Shown: piece after piece, positions 29,384-39,554 of the stretch
How positions within the stretch are numbered: the stretch's first letter is position 1
Layout: the number at the start of each line of letters is the position of its first letter
Source: Pedobacter sp.
GTDB lineage: Bacteria; Bacteroidota; Bacteroidia; Sphingobacteriales; Sphingobacteriaceae
Reading direction: 5' to 3'
Assembly: GCF_041645105.1 (NCBI RefSeq)
Contig: NZ_JBAZQQ010000011.1
Span: 37,884-101,883 of the forward strand
DNA length: 64,000 bases
Notes under the pieces: generated by a model
Told to the model about the DNA's origin: nothing
The model's database searches: none
What the model saw: the letters and a program-made list of their open reading frames with translations, nothing else
Made by a program: the position numbers and the translations under genes

Positions 29384-30376
29384 ATGAAGATTGCAGTAGT
29401 TGGAGCCACCGGCCTGGTAGGCACCGTAATGTTAAAAGTATTAGAAGAGCGTAACTTCCCGTTAACTGAATTGATCCCTGTAGCCTCTGAGAAGAGTGTT
29501 GGTAAGGAAATCACGTTCAAGGGTAAGAAGTATGCTGTTGTAAACATGGATACTGCGATTTCGATGAGACCTGATATTGCGTTGTTTTCTGCAGGTGGTA
29601 GTACATCATTAGCTGAAGCACCTCGCTTCGCTGAAGTTGGCACTACAGTAATCGACAATTCATCTGCATGGCGCATGGATCCGTCGAAAAAGCTGGTAGT
29701 CCCTGAAGTAAATGCACATGAGTTATCTGCCGATGATAAAATCATTGCAAACCCTAACTGTTCAACGATTCAAATGGTAGTGGCCTTAAAACCACTTCAT
29801 GATAAATACAAAATTAAACGTGTAGTAGTTTCAACTTACCAATCTGTTACAGGCACAGGTGTAAAGGCTGTTGAACAGATGATGAATGAGCGTAAAGGTA
29901 TTACTGATGGCCCTATGGCTTACGCTTACCCTATCGATTTAAATGTAATTCCTCAGATTGATGTATTCCAGGATAATGGATATACTAAAGAGGAAATGAA
30001 AATGATATTGGAAACTCAGAAAATCATGAGTGATAACAGTATTAAAGTTACAGCAACTACAGTACGTATTCCTGTAATGGGAGGTCACTCTGAATCAGTG
30101 AACATTGAGTTTGAAAATGATTTCGATGTAACTGAAGTAAAAGAATTACTGGCAGCTACACAAGGTATCATCGTAGTTGATGATCCGGCGAACCTTAAAT
30201 ATCCAATGCCAAAAGATGCACACGAGAAAGATGAGGTTTTTGTTGGAAGAATAAGACGTGATGAGTCATTACCAAATACATTGAATATGTGGATTGTAGC
30301 AGACAACCTGCGTAAAGGTGCTGCAACAAATGCAGTTCAGATTGCAGAATACCTGGTAAATAACAAACTGGTTTAA
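29384..30376 (+). CDS. asd: Aspartate-semialdehyde dehydrogenase
   Basis: GATGLVG, NPNCSTIQ, STYQSVTG, GHSE, DNLRKGAATN. Confidence 0.98.
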   Translation: MKIAVVGATGLVGTVMLKVLEERNFPLTELIPVASEKSVGKEITFKGKKYAVVNMDTAISMRPDIALFSAGGSTSLAEAPRFAEVGTTVIDNSSAWRMDPSKKLVVPEVNAHELSADDKIIANPNCSTIQMVVALKPLHDKYKIKRVVVSTYQSVTGTGVKAVEQMMNERKGITDGPMAYAYPIDLNVIPQIDVFQDNGYTKEEMKMILETQKIMSDNSIKVTATTVRIPVMGGHSESVNIEFENDFDVTEVKELLAATQGIIVVDDPANLKYPMPKDAHEKDEVFVGRIRRDESLPNTLNMWIVADNLRKGAATNAVQIAEYLVNNKLV

Positions 30377-30399
30377 TTCAATTAAAACCAATTCATATT

Positions 30400-30442
30400 A
30401 ACGGCCATCATCCTGATAACAAATCAGCATGATGGCCGTTTT
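30400..30442 (+). terminator. Terminator hairpin after asd
   Basis: aacggccatcat ... atgatggccgtt, perfect 12 bp stem plus an inner ctgat/atcag stem, then TT. Confidence 0.75.
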
Positions 30443-30456
30443 AATTTTAAAAGCTT

Positions 30457-31869
30457 ATGTCTAAAAGATCTATTCCATCTCTTTTAATCCTGTTCTTCAT
30501 CGGCAGTTTCGCTATCGCACAAACTCCAATACAGAAACTGGAAAAAGCTTACAACACCTTTCAATCAGACCCGCAGACAAAATATGCCATTTCATCACTT
30601 TGTGTTTTGGATGCCAATACTGGTACCCCCCTTTTTGTAAAGAATGAACAAATAGGTCTAGCTACTGCTTCAACCTTAAAAGTAATAACTGCTGCGACCG
30701 CTCTAAGTATTCTGGGAAAAGATTTTCAATATCAGACGACATTGGCCTACACTGGTAATATTACAAATGATGGTATTTTAAAAGGCAACCTGGTTATCAT
30801 TGGAAGTGGTGATCCAACTTTAGGTTCCGATCGCTATCAGAATAAAGAAAATGTTGTTTTAACCGAATGGGTTAATGCAGTAAAAAAGACTGGGATTAAA
30901 AGAATAGAGGGAGCCGTTATTGGAGACGATCGAATTTTTGGAACCCAGACTACTCCTGAGGGCTGGACCTGGCAGGACATGGGCAATTACTACGGAGCAG
31001 GCACTTCAGGATTATCATGGCGTGAAAATCAATTTGACATCCATTTAAAAGCAGGTTCAAGACAGGGGGATGAAGCCACAATGATAAAAACAGTTCCAGA
31101 AATGCCCTATTTAAAACTGAGGAATGAGTTAAAAACAGGAGTTTCGGGTAGTGGTGATAATGCTTATTTATTTTTACCCCCTTACGGAAACACCGCTTAT
31201 TTAAGAGGAACCTGGGGCATTGGAATCCGTAAAAGTAGCATTTCTGGTGCGATCCCAGATCCTGCTTATGATTGTGCCTATAGATTGCAGGATACTTTAA
31301 AGCTTTTAGGAATTGTAAGTACACAACCTGTTACAACAACAAGAATCATGGCTTTAAATGGACAGGACATAGCAAACATTACTCAGAAAATCAGTACCAT
31401 TACCTCTCCTACCTTATCGGAAATTACTTATTGGTTTTTAAAAAAGAGTGTTAACCTATATGGGGAGACCATGTTGAAAACCCTTGCATTAAAATCAGGA
31501 AAAACGGCCAGTACAGCTGATGGCGTAGATACAGAACTGAAGTTCTGGGCTGCAAAAGGAATTGACAAAAATGCACTGAATATAATTGATGGAAGTGGTC
31601 TTTCACCAGCAAACCGGATAACAACCCTGGCTGTAGCAGACGTGTTATTTCAGGCTCAAAAAGAAAACTGGTTTGGCGATTATTACAAAGCTTTTCCAGA
31701 ATATAATGGCATGAAAATTAAAAGTGGAACGATAAACAATGTTTCAGCATTTGCAGGATACTATACCAGCACAGCAGGAAATAAATACATTATTGTAATC
31801 AATGTCAATAATTATTCAGGTTCAGGAATAAATAAGAAACTATTTACCGTATTGGATGCACTAAAGTAA
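30457..31869 (+). CDS. dacB: D-alanyl-D-alanine carboxypeptidase/endopeptidase (PBP4, peptidase S13)
   Basis: SxxK (ASTLK), GSGDPTLG, SxN (SVN), DGSGLS, KSGT. Confidence 0.93.
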   Translation: MSKRSIPSLLILFFIGSFAIAQTPIQKLEKAYNTFQSDPQTKYAISSLCVLDANTGTPLFVKNEQIGLATASTLKVITAATALSILGKDFQYQTTLAYTGNITNDGILKGNLVIIGSGDPTLGSDRYQNKENVVLTEWVNAVKKTGIKRIEGAVIGDDRIFGTQTTPEGWTWQDMGNYYGAGTSGLSWRENQFDIHLKAGSRQGDEATMIKTVPEMPYLKLRNELKTGVSGSGDNAYLFLPPYGNTAYLRGTWGIGIRKSSISGAIPDPAYDCAYRLQDTLKLLGIVSTQPVTTTRIMALNGQDIANITQKISTITSPTLSEITYWFLKKSVNLYGETMLKTLALKSGKTASTADGVDTELKFWAAKGIDKNALNIIDGSGLSPANRITTLAVADVLFQAQKENWFGDYYKAFPEYNGMKIKSGTINNVSAFAGYYTSTAGNKYIIVINVNNYSGSGINKKLFTVLDALK

Positions 31870-31921
31870 TTGGTAAATTGCAGCCGTTTTAAGCATATAA
31901 CATCCGAAAAACACATCATCA

Positions 31922-33913
31922 ATGAAGAATATCCTTTCTGCCCTATTTTTTCTACTGTTTAGCTGTTCCGTTTTAGGACAAACATCAATTCCACAGATCA
32001 CGAGTACTTCAGAGTTCAATAATCCGCTAAATAATATACCACCGGATATAGCTATTATTCCAGAACCTGTAGAAGTTTCTAAAAAGGAAGGATACTTCGT
32101 TTTACCAGCTAATGTGATTATTCAATGTACGGCTACCCCTGAAACACATCAGGTACTTACCTTTTTACAAGAAAAACTATCTGTTCCTACCGGCAGCTTT
32201 GTTACTTCTGTAAGTGGCAAATCCGAAAATGCACAGATACATTTATTAATAAATGACAAAATAAATCACACGCTTGGCAATGAGGGTTACCAATTGACGG
32301 TTACTCCAAATCACATCACTATTAAAGCCAATCAGGCAGCTGGTTTGTTTTATGGTGTACAAAGTCTGCTTCAATTGTTCCCAGCCGCGATTGAAAGCAA
32401 AGAACCATTCGAGGCAGAGCATACAAGAAGTACTGAACTAACAGAATGGAAAGTTCCTTGTGTTGAGATTACAGACTACCCACGCTTAGGCTGGAGGGGT
32501 TTAATGTTTGATGTTGCCCGTCACTTTTTTACTAAGGAGGAAGTAAAACAGTATTTAGATGCAATGGTACGTTACAAATACAACATCTTACATTTACATC
32601 TAACTGATGATGAGGGCTGGAGAATAGAAATCAAGGGTTTTCCTAAGCTAACTGAAATAGGCGCATGGAGTGTAAAAAAAGTAGGTGATTTTGGAACTTT
32701 CCCAGCTCCTGCGGCTGATGAGCCTCGTAATTACGGTGGTTTTTACACACAGGAAGACATTAAAGAGATCGTGCAATATGCCAAAGAACGTTTTGTTAAT
32801 GTTCTTCCTGAAATAGATGTCCCAGGTCATAGTCTTGCCGCAATCAGCTCTTATCCTGAATTATCCTGCACGCCTGGTGCTGAAAATTATAAGGTACGCT
32901 CTGGAGAACGCATTATGGACTGGTCAAGAGGTGCACCACCAACTGCTTTGGTAGACAATACACTGTGCCCTGCTAATGAAAAAGTATATGCGTTCTTAGA
33001 TTCTGTTATTACCCAGGTTGCAGCCCTTTTCCCATTCGAATACCTACACATGGGTGGAGATGAAGCTCCTTTCAATTTCTGGGAGAAAAATGAAGCCATA
33101 AAAGCACTGATGCTTAAGGAAGGTTTGAAGAATATGCATCAGGTACAAGGGTATTTTGAAAAGCGCGTTCAAAAGATTGTTGAATCAAAAGGGAAAAAAT
33201 TTATAGGCTGGGATGAAATATTGAATGGCAATATGTCGCCCAATACAGCTGTTATGGCTTGGCGAGGAATGAAATATGGCATTGAAGCTGCAAGGAATAA
33301 GCATGAGGTGGTAATGAGCCCAACGGAATTTGCATACCTCGATTATATGCAAGCTGACGTAATCACTGAACCTCGTGTTTATGCTTCCCTTAGGTTAAGC
33401 AAAGCTTACCAGTTTGACCCTGTACCATCGTCTGTTGATCCTAAATATATTAAAGGAGGCCAGGCAAATTTATGGACAGAACAAGTGTATAACATCCGTC
33501 AGGCCGAATACATGACCTGGCCAAGAGGTATGGCTATTGCAGAATCGGTTTGGTCTCCTCCGGCTAAAAAAAACTGGCCAAACTTTTTCAGCAGAGTAGA
33601 ACAACATTTTAAGCGTCTGGACGCAGCGGAAACGAAATATGCGCCAAGTGTGTATGACCCTATATTTAAAGTCAGCAGATCAGCAGATAAACAACTTCTG
33701 ATTGATTTGAGTACAGAGGTTGCAGGATTGGATATTTACTACAGTTTCGACAACTCATTTCCTGATCGCTTTTATCCAAAATATACGGAAAAATTAACAC
33801 CTCCAAAAGATGCGACCATGTTAAAAGTCATTACCTACAGAGGTAAAAAACAGATTGGTAGAATGATGAATATGCCAATTGAAGAATTGAACAAAAGGGC
33901 AGGAAGAAAATAG
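31922..33913 (+). CDS. GH20 beta-N-acetylhexosaminidase
   Basis: DYPRLGWRGLMFDVARHF, HLTDDEGWR, PEIDVPGH, catalytic HMGGDEA, ANLWTE. Confidence 0.95.
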   Translation: MKNILSALFFLLFSCSVLGQTSIPQITSTSEFNNPLNNIPPDIAIIPEPVEVSKKEGYFVLPANVIIQCTATPETHQVLTFLQEKLSVPTGSFVTSVSGKSENAQIHLLINDKINHTLGNEGYQLTVTPNHITIKANQAAGLFYGVQSLLQLFPAAIESKEPFEAEHTRSTELTEWKVPCVEITDYPRLGWRGLMFDVARHFFTKEEVKQYLDAMVRYKYNILHLHLTDDEGWRIEIKGFPKLTEIGAWSVKKVGDFGTFPAPAADEPRNYGGFYTQEDIKEIVQYAKERFVNVLPEIDVPGHSLAAISSYPELSCTPGAENYKVRSGERIMDWSRGAPPTALVDNTLCPANEKVYAFLDSVITQVAALFPFEYLHMGGDEAPFNFWEKNEAIKALMLKEGLKNMHQVQGYFEKRVQKIVESKGKKFIGWDEILNGNMSPNTAVMAWRGMKYGIEAARNKHEVVMSPTEFAYLDYMQADVITEPRVYASLRLSKAYQFDPVPSSVDPKYIKGGQANLWTEQVYNIRQAEYMTWPRGMAIAESVWSPPAKKNWPNFFSRVEQHFKRLDAAETKYAPSVYDPIFKVSRSADKQLLIDLSTEVAGLDIYYSFDNSFPDRFYPKYTEKLTPPKDATMLKVITYRGKKQIGRMMNMPIEELNKRAGRK

Positions 33914-33920
33914 AAAGAAA

Positions 33921-34730
33921 TTGAGATACTTTGTTCACATAGGTTACAACGGTTTAAATTATAGTGGATGGCAAAAACAGCCAGGAATAATGAATGTACA
34001 GGGTGTTTTGGAAAAAGCACTTACTGATATATTAAAGACTCCTATATTTATTAATGGTTGCGGCCGTACTGATGCACAGGTTCATGCCAGTCAATTCTTT
34101 TTCCATATGGATGTGGAACAGCCCTGGGATTTCGACCTGATGTTTAGGATTAATAAATCCTTACCGGGCAATATTGCGGTCTTCGATATCATTCCTATGG
34201 ATGGACAACAGCATGCCCGATTTGATGCTGTACAACGATCGTATGATTATTTCCTGCATACCTATAAAAATCCATTTCTGAATGGATTGAGTTCATTTTA
34301 CTTATTAGATAAGCTTGACTTTGATAAAATGAAACAAGCTGCTGCAATACTTCCTAATTACAAAGATTATAAAGCTTTTTGTACCAGCCCTGATAAATAT
34401 GAACATACCCTCTGTTTTGTGAGATCTGCAAGTTTATCTGTAGATGAAAATGGAGATCACCTTCGTTTTCAGATATCCTCCAATCGTTTCTTAAGTAAAA
34501 TGATCAGGATTATCATGGGACAATTGTTAAAGATTGGGAAAGGAGTTTTGAGCGTTGATGAATTTGAAAGTTATCTCATCGAAAATAGAACACCAGAACT
34601 AATCACCCCAGCTCATCCACAGGGACTTTATTTATCGAAAGTAACCTATCCTTATCTGGATTTGCCCCCAAGACAGCAATTTTCTTCTGTTTTGCAACAG
34701 CAGGCTGACTTAACCTGGAAAATACTTTAA
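33921..34730 (+). CDS. truA: tRNA pseudouridine(38-40) synthase
   Basis: TTG start; YNGLNYSGWQKQP, GCGRTDAQVHA, HARFDA, PQGLYL. Confidence 0.92.
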   Translation: MRYFVHIGYNGLNYSGWQKQPGIMNVQGVLEKALTDILKTPIFINGCGRTDAQVHASQFFFHMDVEQPWDFDLMFRINKSLPGNIAVFDIIPMDGQQHARFDAVQRSYDYFLHTYKNPFLNGLSSFYLLDKLDFDKMKQAAAILPNYKDYKAFCTSPDKYEHTLCFVRSASLSVDENGDHLRFQISSNRFLSKMIRIIMGQLLKIGKGVLSVDEFESYLIENRTPELITPAHPQGLYLSKVTYPYLDLPPRQQFSSVLQQQADLTWKIL

Positions 34731-34819
34731 TTACTTAATTATTAAGAATTTACTCTTGTTTTTTTCATAGCTTTTCATTAACTTTAATAGAGGACTTCAT
34801 TAAAAAGAAGGCATTCTAT

Positions 34820-35275
34820 ATGACAGTTATTCAAAAAATTGAGCACTGGGGTGACGTTCATCGTACCAAATGGCTTGATGTGATACGCATCGTATTAGGC
34901 ATACTTATCTTTAGCAAAGGCATTGCCATCGTAAGCAATACAGCTGCATTACAAGACATGTTATTACAAAACAACACTTATGCTTTCTCGGGATTAATGT
35001 CTAGCCTTGGACTGCATATTGTTGGCTTTATACATCTTGTAGGAGGTATTTTAATCACTATTGGCCTACTTACGCGTTTTGCTGCTGTAATACAGATTCC
35101 AATATTGATCATTGCTGTATTTTTTGTAAACCTTTCAAGAGGGTTCTCAGTCCTTAACAATGAGTTATGGCTTTCAATCCTTGTTTTATTGCTACTCGTC
35201 TTGTTCTGGGTAGTGGGCTCTGGTCCGCTCTCCGTAGATCAGGCTATGAAGAAAAGACCAAATATCTATAGATAA
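34820..35275 (+). CDS. DoxX family membrane protein
   Basis: RIVLG, GLLTRFAA, GSGPLSVD; four hydrophobic segments. Confidence 0.85.
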   Translation: MTVIQKIEHWGDVHRTKWLDVIRIVLGILIFSKGIAIVSNTAALQDMLLQNNTYAFSGLMSSLGLHIVGFIHLVGGILITIGLLTRFAAVIQIPILIIAVFFVNLSRGFSVLNNELWLSILVLLLLVLFWVVGSGPLSVDQAMKKRPNIYR

Positions 35276-35294
35276 ATTAAGCTAGTCATAGACT

Positions 35295-35804
35295 TTATTG
35301 CCAGCTTAAAACTGCTGCCCTCATCGCATCAGCGGTGAGGTTTATGCCATTTATCTTAAGCAATGCACGTTGATAAAACACGTTGCGTTCATTGAGTTTG
35401 TTCTCAATAAACTCGATCATCTGTGCTTCAGTCAGATCTTTAAGCAATGGCCGTTTATCTTTTCCACTTTCCAGGCGCTTTGCTAAGGCTGCAGGAGACA
35501 TTTCTATGTATAAGGATAAGCCATTTTCATTCATCCAGTCCATGTTATCGAAAAAGCAAGGAGCCCCACCACCTGTTGCTATTACAGCATTCGCCGGATA
35601 ATCAAAAGTCTTTAACGTTTCACTTTCCAATTCCCTGAATGCATCCTCACCATGACTAGCAAAATATGCACCTATTGTGCTTCCAAGACTTTTTTCTATC
35701 TCATGATCAAGATCAACAAATGTATACCCCAACTTTTGAGCAAGCTTTTTGCCCATTGTACTTTTCCCGCAGCCCATAAAGCCTATCAGAAATATTCTCA
35801 TCAT
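35295..35804 (-). CDS. aroK: Shikimate kinase
   Basis: GFMGCGKST P-loop, DLD, FRELE, ATGGG, RPLL. Confidence 0.96.
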   Translation of the reverse strand: MMRIFLIGFMGCGKSTMGKKLAQKLGYTFVDLDHEIEKSLGSTIGAYFASHGEDAFRELESETLKTFDYPANAVIATGGGAPCFFDNMDWMNENGLSLYIEMSPAALAKRLESGKDKRPLLKDLTEAQMIEFIENKLNERNVFYQRALLKINGINLTADAMRAAVLSWQ

Positions 35805-36860
35805 TTATGCAAGTTTTACCCTTGGATCTGCAAAGGCATATAATATATCAACCAAAATATTAATTATCACAAATATAAAGGCTATAAAAAGAATAGAGCC
35901 CATAACAACAGGAAAATCAGACATTTCCAGTGCATTTACAGTAGTACGCCCAAGTCCGTTATAGCCAAAAATGTATTCTACAAAAAATGACCCTGCCAAT
36001 AAAGAAGCAAACCAACCTGATATAGCTGTAATAACAGGATTCAAAGCATTTTTTAATGCATGTTTATAAATAATTACGTTACGGCTCAAGCCTTTCGCCT
36101 TGGCCGTTCGGATATAATCCTGAGCCAGCACATCTAACATAGCACTACGCGTTAACTGCACTATAATTGCTAGTGGCCTTAAGCCTAGTGTAACCATGGG
36201 AAGCCATAAGTTTTTCCAGGTCATAATTTCTCCTTTAAATGGATCATAACTATACAGACTACCTGACATATTAAGACCTGTATAATCACTTAAAACAAAA
36301 CCAAAAAGCCAGGCTATGATAATTCCTGCAAAAAAAGAAGGTGCTGAAATTCCTAATATAGCAAAGGAGTTGGCCGCTTTATCAATCCAGGTATCCTTAT
36401 TTACTGCTGATATTACGCCTAAAAAGACACCTATAACCGTTGCAAATACCATTGCAGTAAAAGCCAGGATAAAGGTATTGGGAACCGTCTCAGAAAGAAT
36501 AGTTGTAACATCCCTTTTCGTTTGATAAGATCTCCTTAGGTAAGGCCATTTAAGGGCCAGTACATGATCGCCAACAGCAATCAGCTTTAAATAGTTGTAT
36601 TTCTCCTTATCGGTTACAGTATCTTCATGATAACCAATCGGAGAAAGATCATTAAGATAAAGAAAGAACTGCGTAGGCTTAGACTTATCTAGTCCAAACT
36701 CCTTTCTTACTGCCTCAAGAGAAGAAACATCAGCCCGTTGTCCCATTGTCATCCTTGCCGGATCACCCGGCAGGATGTTAAACAAAATAAACACCACTAC
36801 AATTACGCCAGCCATTACGGCAAATCCATACAAGATCTTTTTAATGGCGTATTGCAGCAT
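35805..36860 (-). CDS. ABC transporter permease (DppB/OppB-like)
   Basis: PGDPAR, LTRSAMLDVLAQDYIRTAKAKGLS (EAA loop), HALKNAL, NILVDILY..DPR. Confidence 0.92.
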   Translation of the reverse strand: MLQYAIKKILYGFAVMAGVIVVVFILFNILPGDPARMTMGQRADVSSLEAVRKEFGLDKSKPTQFFLYLNDLSPIGYHEDTVTDKEKYNYLKLIAVGDHVLALKWPYLRRSYQTKRDVTTILSETVPNTFILAFTAMVFATVIGVFLGVISAVNKDTWIDKAANSFAILGISAPSFFAGIIIAWLFGFVLSDYTGLNMSGSLYSYDPFKGEIMTWKNLWLPMVTLGLRPLAIIVQLTRSAMLDVLAQDYIRTAKAKGLSRNVIIYKHALKNALNPVITAISGWFASLLAGSFFVEYIFGYNGLGRTTVNALEMSDFPVVMGSILFIAFIFVIINILVDILYAFADPRVKLA

Positions 36861-36862
36861 AT

Positions 36863-38014
36863 TTATTTACTAAAATATTGATCAGTCAATTTATCAAAAG
36901 TTGGCATCGTATTGAAATGCCATTTATTGATAACTACACCATTTTTAAGCAACAACACTCCAGGATTTGATCTAACCATGCTCTTTAATGGTACTGCATC
37001 AGCATAAAAAACCTCTGCAAACAACTTCATCCGTTTACTAAACTCATCAGCATCACTCGCTGAATTTGAAGTAAGTAAAACCGTTCTGATATTAAATTGT
37101 TCCGTTGCATTTAAAGCAATTGCATTAATCTTAGCAATAGCATTCTCATTTACATCCTTAAGATTATAGGCTACTATAACCAGGTTGTAATATGGATTTT
37201 CTATCAATTCCTTGGTATAATCTGTTCCCGATGCATCACTAATCATCAAGTCCATAATTTTAGGCGTATATCCTTTTTTTACAAGTACTTTCTCTGGTTC
37301 ACCTACAATCTCCCATTTTTCATCTTTCCAGATTTCGGTTTTCAGGTAATCTTTATCGCTCATCACCTTTTTCTCATTAGTTGTTTTGTTGTGCATGTTA
37401 TACATGATTGCATACTCATCCCCTTTTTCTCCTTCAGGAATTTTCATCAATTGAGGTAGATTTGCTCCAACTTTATAAGGTAAGAAGTCAATAACTGGAA
37501 GTGTACTATAGGTGTAGATACCAAATAATGTTGATGCCAGCGTCACAATAATTAATAATGCAGATTGTAACTTAGAATTTTCTGTAAGCGGCTTGATCAA
37601 CTTATGTTGCATAAACAGATAAATGATCAGGACCAGTAAAACCAGATCTTTAGAAAACGACTGCCATGGAGTTAAAGGAATAGCATCCCCAAAACAACCA
37701 CAAGAAGTCACCACTTTAAATGCAGCAGATACAAAAGTTAAAAAAGTAAAAAATATAATTACAAGCAATAATCCGCCTGTAACCTTTTTACTCCAAAAGC
37801 CAAATAGCAGTAAAGCGCCAAGTACAATCTCCAATACACAAAGTAATACAGCAATACCTGTAGCAAATTCGCCCAGGAACGACATGCGGAATACCTCAAA
37901 ATACTCCTGCAATTTGTAACCGAAACCAAGTGGATCATTAGCTTTAATTAATCCCGAGAATATAAAAAGGATCCCAACAAATATCCTTGAAAAGTTTAAC
38001 GCGATCTTCTTCAT
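36863..38014 (-). CDS. BT_3928-family DoxX/MauE-like membrane protein with a C-terminal soluble domain
   Basis: RIFVG..FIFSG..KANDP, CGCFGDA, DFLPYKVG, RSNPG. Confidence 0.8.
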   Translation of the reverse strand: MKKIALNFSRIFVGILFIFSGLIKANDPLGFGYKLQEYFEVFRMSFLGEFATGIAVLLCVLEIVLGALLLFGFWSKKVTGGLLLVIIFFTFLTFVSAAFKVVTSCGCFGDAIPLTPWQSFSKDLVLLVLIIYLFMQHKLIKPLTENSKLQSALLIIVTLASTLFGIYTYSTLPVIDFLPYKVGANLPQLMKIPEGEKGDEYAIMYNMHNKTTNEKKVMSDKDYLKTEIWKDEKWEIVGEPEKVLVKKGYTPKIMDLMISDASGTDYTKELIENPYYNLVIVAYNLKDVNENAIAKINAIALNATEQFNIRTVLLTSNSASDADEFSKRMKLFAEVFYADAVPLKSMVRSNPGVLLLKNGVVINKWHFNTMPTFDKLTDQYFSK

Positions 38015-38556
38015 TACTGTACTTCCAATTTAATCAATGCAAACACTGAATAATTCAGCATATCCTGATAATTCGCTTTCACCCCTTCAGACGCAATTGT
38101 TTGTCCCATATTATCTTCAATCTGTTTCACTCTAAATACCTTCATCAGGATGAGGTCCGTTAATGAGCTAATCCTCATATCCCGCCATGCTTCTCCATAA
38201 TCGTGGTTTTTATTGAACATAAGTTCCTTGTTTTCGTTTACCAGTTCCTCATATTTTGCTTCCACCGCTTTCAATTCCATTTCCAGCGGGTCACTTTCAT
38301 TCAGTTCCAGTTGCATCATTGCTATTATACAATAATTTATAATGCCGATATATTCAGGAATAATTCCTTCCCCTACTTTAGAGATTTTCTTTTCTTCCAA
38401 CGTACGAATGCGCTGAGCTTTGATAAAAATCTGGTCAGTAATAGACGCTGGTCTTAATATGCGCCATGCCGTACCATAATCTTTTGTTTTCTTTAAAAAA
38501 AGCGATTTACAAACCGCTATAACAGCGTCGAATTCCTGAGATGTATTTGTTGCCAA
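38014..38556 (-). CDS. DUF1599 domain protein
   Basis: Duplicated motif KKTKDYGTAWR / KNHDYGEAWR; ANYQDMLNY; TTG start. Confidence 0.85.
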   Translation of the reverse strand: MATNTSQEFDAVIAVCKSLFLKKTKDYGTAWRILRPASITDQIFIKAQRIRTLEEKKISKVGEGIIPEYIGIINYCIIAMMQLELNESDPLEMELKAVEAKYEELVNENKELMFNKNHDYGEAWRDMRISSLTDLILMKVFRVKQIEDNMGQTIASEGVKANYQDMLNYSVFALIKLEVQ

Positions 38557-38608
38557 AACAATTAATATAATAAGTTAAAACCCGTTTTAATACCAGTCCT
38601 TTTTTATC

Positions 38609-38616
38609 TAAGTTTG
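38609..38616 (+). promoter_or_regulatory. -7 promoter element for folP-cdaA
   Basis: TAAGTTTG, 10 nt upstream of ATG 38627. Confidence 0.55.
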
Positions 38617-38626
38617 CATTAAAACA

Positions 38627-39484
38627 ATGGCTAAAGATACATTTTTAAACCGAAAGACCACACTAAACGTTAAAGGCCGAATCGTTGATTTGAGCAGTCC
38701 ATCTGTGATGGGAATACTTAATCTTACCGATGATTCATTTTACAGCAATAGCCGTATCAGTTCATTAGAACTGGCTTTACAACGCGCTGAAACCATAATC
38801 AGTGAAGGCGGTAAATTCATAGATATTGGGGCATATTCTTCTAGACCAGGTGCAATTGATGTGACCGCACAACAAGAAATTGACAGGATTGTGCCCGTAA
38901 TGGAGTCCATTGCAAAAAACTATCCAGATGTCTTGATTTCGATTGACACTTTTCGCGCTGAAGTAGCCCGTTATGCAATTGAAGCAGGGGCACATATTAT
39001 AAATGATATTGCTGCTGGTAATATGGATGAAGCTATGTTTCAGACTGTAGCAGATTTAAAAGTTCCATATATTATGATGCATATGAGAGGGACACCACAA
39101 ACCATGCAACAGCATACAGATTATGATCATTTGATGCTGAATATGATTAGTTATTTTTCGGTTAAAGTGGATGAATTAAAAAAATCAGGAGTGAACGATA
39201 TTATTCTGGATCCAGGATTTGGTTTTGCAAAAACCCTTGAACAGAATTACGAAGTATTAAAGCACATGACTGACCTTGATATCCTTGAACTTCCTGTTCT
39301 TGCCGGATTATCAAGAAAATCAATGATTTATAAATTCCTTGGTGGTGGCCCGGAACAAGCATTAAATGGAACAACAACCCTAAACACCATCGCGCTATTA
39401 AAAGGGGCCAATATTTTAAGAGTCCATGATGTAAAAGCAGCAGTAGAATGCATTGCATTGGTTACAAAGATGCAACACCAATAA
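38627..39484 (+). CDS. folP: Dihydropteroate synthase
   Basis: MGILNLTDDSF, DIGAYSSRPG, SIDT, DPGFGFAK, GLSRKS, RVHDV. Confidence 0.98.
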   Translation: MAKDTFLNRKTTLNVKGRIVDLSSPSVMGILNLTDDSFYSNSRISSLELALQRAETIISEGGKFIDIGAYSSRPGAIDVTAQQEIDRIVPVMESIAKNYPDVLISIDTFRAEVARYAIEAGAHIINDIAAGNMDEAMFQTVADLKVPYIMMHMRGTPQTMQQHTDYDHLMLNMISYFSVKVDELKKSGVNDIILDPGFGFAKTLEQNYEVLKHMTDLDILELPVLAGLSRKSMIYKFLGGGPEQALNGTTTLNTIALLKGANILRVHDVKAAVECIALVTKMQHQ

Positions 39485-39554
39485 TATGGCTAAATTTCCT
39501 AACTTGGCATTAAGAAAATAAAGCTGATTTTATAGACAGCATAATAAAACACAG

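Noticed and set aside
32400-32445. Short apparent insertion in GH20 (PFEAEHTRSTEL) as a degenerate REP-like element
   Set aside because: The resemblance to Bacteroidota intragenic repeats is vague, with no palindrome or second copy in the window.
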